NCBI GenBank assembly: GCA_050251875.1
Contig: JBFWMA010000008.1
Span: 32,001 to 96,000 of the forward strand
DNA: 64,000 nt
From: Deferribacterales bacterium
GTDB taxonomy: Bacteria; Chrysiogenota; Deferribacteres; Deferribacterales; Geovibrionaceae
Reading direction: 5' to 3'
Part shown: piece after piece, positions 58,681-64,000 of the stretch
How positions within the stretch are numbered: the first letter of the stretch is position 1
Layout of the letters: each line of letters starts with the position of its first letter
Notes under the pieces: generated by a model
The model's input: only the letters and a program-made list of their open reading frames with translations
Database searches by the model: none
Told to the model about the DNA's origin: nothing
Made by a program: the position numbers and the translations under genes

Positions 58681-59757
58681 TTAAAGCGTTCCATAGGAGT
58701 GCAGACCGGACAACAGCAGGTTGACTCCGATGTATGTAAAGATTGTGCATATAAAGCCTATCACGGCTATCGCGGACGCTCTGGCTCCGGTCCAGTTCCT
58801 GACATATCTGGCATGCAGGTAAAAAGCGTATATCAGCCATGTGATGAGAGCCCATGTCTCTTTCGGGTCCCATGACCAGTATTTTCCCCACGCCTTGTCA
58901 GCCCACACGGCGCCGAATATCAGACCGCCTATGGTGAAAACGGGAAAACCGATGGATACCATTTTATAAGCCAGCTCCTCCATCACTTCGCCTTTCACGC
59001 CGAACTTAGCCATCGCTCTGCCGAGTCCGCCGCCGAATCTCCATACGAAGAGAGTCAGGAGCAGATATGCCGCCAGAACTGCCGCCCAGCCTCCGGCACC
59101 CAGATTATTTATAGCAAAATAAAGAGGCTTATACGCTCCCTGAGTCTGCTTGGCGGAGAGCGCATAGACAAAATCCGCTGTGACGAACGCCGTCACGAAG
59201 ACGAACAGAGCGAGTGAAACCGTCCAGAATATATACATTCCCTGCTTCTTTTTCAGATCGAGCGATGCCAGATGAAGCACAGCGCCCACAAAAGAGACGG
59301 AAAAAGCGGCGTATGCCACAAAACTCATAGTAGCGTGCGCCAGAAGCCAGTTGCTCTTCAGAGCGGGAACCAGAGGCTGGATCCCCTTAGCCGCTCCCAC
59401 CATGTCCACGAAGGACACAGCCATTCCGGCTATAGCCGTCAGAAACGCTCCGAGAAATCTGGTCTTATATTTCCTCTCTATATAGATATTCCCCAGAATA
59501 ACGCACCATGCGAAAAAGAGCAGCGACTCATAAAGGTTTGTTATCGGGATGGATTGAAAAAGCCCCAGACCGTATGTTTGTGAAAAATCCGACCAGCGGA
59601 TGAGAAACGCCAGTGTATGACATAAAAAAGCGGCGATAACGGCGTATGACGCCACTCTGCCGATTATTTCTTTCCTGAAGATAAGATAAGCTATATACAC
59701 AGCCATAGACAGCATATATACAAGTCCGGAAATGCCGAAAAGCGCTGAACTGTTCAT
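58681..59757 (-). CDS. resC: Cytochrome c biogenesis protein CcsA/ResC (system II)
   Basis: NLYES, PALKSNWLLAH, WGKYWSWDPKETW and GLHSYG motifs. Confidence 0.92.
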   Translation of the reverse strand: MNSSALFGISGLVYMLSMAVYIAYLIFRKEIIGRVASYAVIAAFLCHTLAFLIRWSDFSQTYGLGLFQSIPITNLYESLLFFAWCVILGNIYIERKYKTRFLGAFLTAIAGMAVSFVDMVGAAKGIQPLVPALKSNWLLAHATMSFVAYAAFSVSFVGAVLHLASLDLKKKQGMYIFWTVSLALFVFVTAFVTADFVYALSAKQTQGAYKPLYFAINNLGAGGWAAVLAAYLLLTLFVWRFGGGLGRAMAKFGVKGEVMEELAYKMVSIGFPVFTIGGLIFGAVWADKAWGKYWSWDPKETWALITWLIYAFYLHARYVRNWTGARASAIAVIGFICTIFTYIGVNLLLSGLHSYGTL

Positions 59758-59767
59758 GTTTTACCGC

Positions 59768-61126
59768 CTATTTCAAAATAAAATTTCTGAGTCTGTCGAT
59801 ATCTTCGCCGACAGCCGATTTGTATTTGCTTCTGTCAGCGGCGACAGACACACGGCTGACTGAACCATTCTTCTCCACTCTGACCCATATTCTGGTATGG
59901 CGGAAGTAAAAAGCCACAATCACGCCGATGCTGAGTATTATAAAGCCGATGTATATCAGAAGTTTGCCGGGGTCTTTGCTGACTGTCAGAACAGAATACT
60001 GAGCGCCCAGCACATCGACAAACTTAACCTTGAAGTCTTTCATATCGCCGGATTCCTCGTGTTTCTGAAAGATCCACTTATATCCCAGAGATACTTCGTT
60101 TTCATCAAAGACCTCCAGAAGCACAGCGGGGTTCATCATCATGGTGTTGAAGTTAACCAGCCTGCCCTTCTCGTCCTGACCGAGCGAAGGAGCGAAGTCC
60201 TGAACGATGGCGGTCAGATTGGTCTCGGGTATGCTGAATTTCTGCCCGAAACCGGTGTGTATGTTGCTGGTTTTATCCGCCTTTCCAGCCTGAAGCATAA
60301 AGAGCACATTGTCCCCGGCATAGAATCCGTGATTTGTCTGAAAAATCCTGTAGCCTTTGTAGTTTACAGGCGTATTCACCAGAAGCTGAAGGTGCTCCTT
60401 CTTATCGCCGTTTATAATAGTGATATCCGAAACATATTTTTCGGGTTTGATGGAATCTTTGTAATAGTCCACATCGAAATTATCGAGCTGGATGCTGAAA
60501 GGGAGTTTTACCTCCTTCTTAGCGGGGGTGATGATCACGTCATCGCTGCTGCCTTCCACTATGGCTATATTGCCTTTGAATCCGGCTGTGATGCCTATCA
60601 GGGCAGCGGCAAGCACAATGATGATCCCCAGATGGGTGATATAGACGCCGCTTCTGCTGAATCTGCCTTTTTCCGCGGCGAAATATGAGACGGAATCTTC
60701 GGTTTCGCTTACAAAACCGAAATTTTTCAGATATCCCTGTATCTTCTCCTCAGCGTCTTCCGGCGCTTCGAAAGTTACGGTGTTTTTTGAGGTTTCAAAA
60801 ATATCTCTGTTAATGCCGACAGGAGTCTTAAGCTGTCTGTATACATGCGGCAGTCTGTTAAAGGTGCATACGATAAGGTTCAGGGCGAAAAGCAGAAGAA
60901 GAGCGATGAACCACCATGAACCGTATATGTCCACCAGACCTATTTTGGAAAGGATCACATACATCTGCTCATGGCTGGTGTGGAACTTTTCGCTGAGCCA
61001 GAAAACAGACTTGGAGCCAGCCTCATGCTGCTGAATAAAAGTGCCGAGAGAAGACCCGGCGGCTATCAGCACAAACAGAAACATAGCGAGTTTTACCGAG
61101 CTGAAAAAATCTAATATTTTCTTCAA
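59768..61126 (-). CDS. resB: Cytochrome c biogenesis protein ResB/Ccs1 (system II)
   Basis: GTFIQQ, YGSWWF, NLIVCT, THLGI and KDPG motifs. Probable TTG start 61126 with GAGG RBS. Confidence 0.88.
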   Translation of the reverse strand: MKKILDFFSSVKLAMFLFVLIAAGSSLGTFIQQHEAGSKSVFWLSEKFHTSHEQMYVILSKIGLVDIYGSWWFIALLLLFALNLIVCTFNRLPHVYRQLKTPVGINRDIFETSKNTVTFEAPEDAEEKIQGYLKNFGFVSETEDSVSYFAAEKGRFSRSGVYITHLGIIIVLAAALIGITAGFKGNIAIVEGSSDDVIITPAKKEVKLPFSIQLDNFDVDYYKDSIKPEKYVSDITIINGDKKEHLQLLVNTPVNYKGYRIFQTNHGFYAGDNVLFMLQAGKADKTSNIHTGFGQKFSIPETNLTAIVQDFAPSLGQDEKGRLVNFNTMMMNPAVLLEVFDENEVSLGYKWIFQKHEESGDMKDFKVKFVDVLGAQYSVLTVSKDPGKLLIYIGFIILSIGVIVAFYFRHTRIWVRVEKNGSVSRVSVAADRSKYKSAVGEDIDRLRNFILK

Positions 61127-61154
61127 GGAACACCTCAATAGGAATATAAAATCA

Positions 61155-61190
61155 AAGAAAAAGCGGGAGACCATTGGTCCCCCGCGCTTT
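61155..61190 (-). terminator. Hairpin/terminator between the nitrite reductase and resB
   Basis: Minus strand reads GCGGGGGACC-AAT-GGTCTCCCGC-TTTTTCTTT. Confidence 0.7.
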
Positions 61191-61203
61191 GTTTTGTCCG
61201 TTA

Positions 61204-62850
61204 TTACTTCGCTGCGGAAGTTTTTGCGGCGGCTAAGGCATCATCAATGATTTTGATACCTTTCTGAGATTCGTCCACTGACTGTGTCAGAGACTCTCTC
61301 GCCATCTCAGGGTTGTGGAAACCGTCTGAGTTCTCAGCGGTCCAGTATTCCCAGAGTATGTGGGCTCTGAGGTGCTGATCCTGAGCCTGTTTAACAACAT
61401 CTTCAGAAAGTCCGGCTTTTTTGCCTTCAACTATCTTGTCGATGAGTCTGTCCAGCCAGAATTCAGCTTTTCTCATTTTGCCTTTTGTATATGCCTTAAC
61501 AGAATCTATGGCGTATACGGCGTCTTTCTCTGTCCAGCCTTTATGGCATCCGCCGGTCAGACAGGATGATTTGATATGCTCTTTCGGTGTAACGGCGAAG
61601 TGAGATGTGTAGGTTTTGCCGTTTTTGCCTTTAACTTTTTCCATGTGGCATGTGTCGCATCCCACGCCTGCTTTAGCGTGTACAGAGTTATAATGTGACT
61701 CTGATTCGGGGTGCTGGGCTTTCCACAGGAGACCGTCAGTCAGCTTATGTTTGAAGTCGAGCATGTGTATCTGGTTTTTATAGTGATCATACAGACCGAA
61801 CACATCTTTATAGGGAAAATGGTTGGTTCTGTCGTCAGCAAAAGTCACTTTCTCGCCTGTTTTTGTATCTGTGCCGGGGTTACAGTTATATTCAACGTGG
61901 CACTGACCGCACTGAAGTCTTGAGTCATATTTCTCAAGGATGGCGATTTTTCTTGTGTATCCTCTCATACCCATATCATAAACTTTGATATTAGTATGGT
62001 TGGGGTCTTTTGCCCAGAGAGTGTCGGCCTCAGGTCTTGTCAGAGCCTGAATAAGAGCGTCTCTAACGATTCTGGGTTTAGCTGAGTGAGGATCGTGGCA
62101 GTAGTAGCAGTTCAGACCGTGCTGAATCTTGCCTGACTGGATCATGGCTACAGGCTTGCTGGCTCTGGAGAAAGGAGCGCCGGCTTTAGGATCGCCCATG
62201 TATGCCCAGTCGAGGATGTGGTCCTGTGTCTTACACTGAAGACAAACAGGGTTAACCGCTGTGGCAGTCTGTCTCATGAATACTTTCTGATCATCGCTTT
62301 TAGGATCGGCGTCTTTGATAACGTTCCAAACCTTCTGGGGTTTTTCGTTAACATATGTCCATCCGTTTTTAGGCTGGAATCTGCCGCCGAATGCTCTGTC
62401 AACCACGAGCTGATCCAGAAGCATGAAGGGGTGGCTTCTTGTGAGACCGTGCTCTTTTGTAAAGCCGTGACCCATCATCAGTTTGTCCCAGTAAGGGTTG
62501 GGAGCTCTGTTGGTCAGCTGTGATTTTTCGTCTCTCGCCGGACGGTGTTTGCTCACTGTCAGGAAAGAGTCGTGCTGGTCTTTGTGACACTTGCCGCAGG
62601 CTTCCCATGATGTATCAACAACAGGGTGCTTGCTGGAATCAGCAAGGTGCTCGTTCAGACCGGAGTGACAGTTAACACAATTCACATTCTTGTGCTTGCC
62701 CCCCGCGTGAAGTTCTTTTACTACGTCGTGACATTCGTAGCAAGTTTTGGGATTCACGGGTTTTTCCTTTGCGGCCATGGCTGTGGCAGCAAATAAAACA
62801 CAGAATGCCGCCATCGCAGTGACCATTAGAAACCTTGTCACTTTAAACAT
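61204..62850 (-). CDS. Octaheme ammonia-forming cytochrome c nitrite reductase (TvNiR/ONR type)
   Basis: CYECH, CVNCH, CGKCH, active-site CLQCK, CYYCH, CGQCHVEY, CDTCH, CLTGGCH; KAQHPE; AENSDGFHNP. Confidence 0.92.
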   Translation of the reverse strand: MFKVTRFLMVTAMAAFCVLFAATAMAAKEKPVNPKTCYECHDVVKELHAGGKHKNVNCVNCHSGLNEHLADSSKHPVVDTSWEACGKCHKDQHDSFLTVSKHRPARDEKSQLTNRAPNPYWDKLMMGHGFTKEHGLTRSHPFMLLDQLVVDRAFGGRFQPKNGWTYVNEKPQKVWNVIKDADPKSDDQKVFMRQTATAVNPVCLQCKTQDHILDWAYMGDPKAGAPFSRASKPVAMIQSGKIQHGLNCYYCHDPHSAKPRIVRDALIQALTRPEADTLWAKDPNHTNIKVYDMGMRGYTRKIAILEKYDSRLQCGQCHVEYNCNPGTDTKTGEKVTFADDRTNHFPYKDVFGLYDHYKNQIHMLDFKHKLTDGLLWKAQHPESESHYNSVHAKAGVGCDTCHMEKVKGKNGKTYTSHFAVTPKEHIKSSCLTGGCHKGWTEKDAVYAIDSVKAYTKGKMRKAEFWLDRLIDKIVEGKKAGLSEDVVKQAQDQHLRAHILWEYWTAENSDGFHNPEMARESLTQSVDESQKGIKIIDDALAAAKTSAAK

Positions 62851-62982
62851 GATACCTCCTTTAATACATAAAAAACCGCTATTGCATAATATAGTATGCA
62901 CAGAAAAAACGTTAGATTGCTGTTAATGATATGAAACGGAGGTAAAGATTGTTAAGAAGACCGTGAACCGATGTAACAAAAC

Positions 62983-63018
62983 AAAAAAAACCGCGCGGCA
63001 CGGCACACCACGCGGTTT
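62983..63018 (-). terminator. Terminator after the MCP gene
   Basis: AAACCGCG...CGCGGTTT inverted repeat with a minus-strand T-run. Confidence 0.6.
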
Positions 63019-63027
63019 ATCAGCTGT

Positions 63028-64000
63028 TTATTTTGTTTTGAATTTGCTAACCATCAGATGCAGGTCGTCCGCCTGTTTCTGAAGATCCGCCACTGTCTCC
63101 GTCACCTGCGCCAGAGCGTTTGAGCTCTCATCTATTCCGGATGAGATTACCTGGGCGTTGTCGTTGATATTGGCGATGGCTGTCACCTGCTCCTGGATAG
63201 AAGCGTTGATAGTCATGTTTGTGGAGTTGATGCTGTTCACAGCGCTGACGATTTTCTCGAAAACCTGCTCTGTGTTTTTGATAGCGTCCGCTCCGGTCAT
63301 CACCTTGTTTGTAGCCTCCTGCATGTCTGCGGTGGCTGTCTTTGTCTCGTTCTGGAGACTGCCGATGATGTTCTCTATCTCTTTTGTGGCGCTCTGTGTT
63401 CTCTCTGCCAGCTTGCGCACCTCGTCCGCTACCACGGCGAATCCACGTCCGTGTTCACCGGCTCTCGCTGCCTCGATGGCGGCGTTCAGCGCCAGAAGGT
63501 TGGTCTGGTCTGCTATATCGTTAATAACGTTTACGATATTGCCGATTTCAGAAGAAGAGTTGGCGAGGCTGTCTATGGTACCGCCCAGTTTTTCCACTCT
63601 GTCTTTGATAGCCATCACTTCGGACACGGAGCTGAGCAGTTTCTCTTTACCGTCCTGAGTGAGCACATCGGCGTTGTTGGTCTCCTGGTTGGCTTCCGCC
63701 AGAGACTGCATAACTTCCTGAGAAGTAACGCTGATCTCTTCGGTGGCGCTGGCGACTGATGTCACCTGGCTCGCCTGATCCTGAAAAGTAACGGTCAGCT
63801 CTTCCGTGGTGGAAGCCAGCTCTGTGGAGGCTGATGCCACGTTCTGAGAGCCTTCCTTCACTATAGTTATTATCTCATTGAGTTTGTTGATAAATTTATT
63901 GAAGTGTCTCGCCATGTCGCCCATCTCGTCATTAGAGAGCACAGGCAGTTCTTTGGTGAGGTCGCCCTCGCCTTCTGACACGTCTTTAAGGAATTTGTTG
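63028..64000 (-). CDS. Methyl-accepting chemotaxis protein, C-terminal part (5' end outside the window)
   Basis: HAMP (GDLT...DEMG) and [35 protein letters not shown]. Confidence 0.93.
   Translation of the reverse strand, partial: NKFLKDVSEGEGDLTKELPVLSNDEMGDMARHFNKFINKLNEIITIVKEGSQNVASASTELASTTEELTVTFQDQASQVTSVASATEEISVTSQEVMQSLAEANQETNNADVLTQDGKEKLLSSVSEVMAIKDRVEKLGGTIDSLANSSSEIGNIVNVINDIADQTNLLALNAAIEAARAGEHGRGFAVVADEVRKLAERTQSATKEIENIIGSLQNETKTATADMQEATNKVMTGADAIKNTEQVFEKIVSAVNSINSTNMTINASIQEQVTAIANINDNAQVISSGIDESSNALAQVTETVADLQKQADDLHLMVSKFKTK

Overview
A 64-kb chromosomal window from an anaerobically respiring Gram-negative bacterium. The gene content suggests Deferribacterota (Denitrovibrio/Seleniivibrio-like); this is an inference and was not searched. 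Modules in order: (1) argS-SPOR-GH153-like-elbB; (2) tRNA-Leu(CAG) followed by a ~970-bp non-coding tandem array of eight 118-bp palindromic units; (3) a hesA-like ThiF gene and pyk; (4) a fumarate-respiration module (DcuB-like transporter, CitA/CitB-type two-component system, Tat flavoprotein plus tetraheme cytochrome); (5) a selenium-dependent molybdenum hydroxylase cluster (NCS2 permease, FAD/FeS/Mo subunits, yqeC, mocA, yqeB, xdhC); (6) several sensor kinases and MCPs, a class II photolyase, and a hybrid-kinase/HD-GYP phosphorelay; (7) an amino-acid export cluster containing an orphan radical SAM gene; (8) a Desulfovibrio-type A2 cytochrome c oxidase operon; (9) an octaheme nitrite reductase with ResB/ResC and a c-heme sensor two-component system. 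No CRISPR-Cas, transposase, integrase or prophage was seen. The most notable observations are the structured 118-bp array, an apparent in-frame deletion of the Hpt histidine region in the hybrid kinase, a shared promoter architecture upstream of the two fumarate units, a split TtrS-like sensor, and a MITE-like insert flanked by 21-bp direct repeats. All family calls come from motif recognition by eye.
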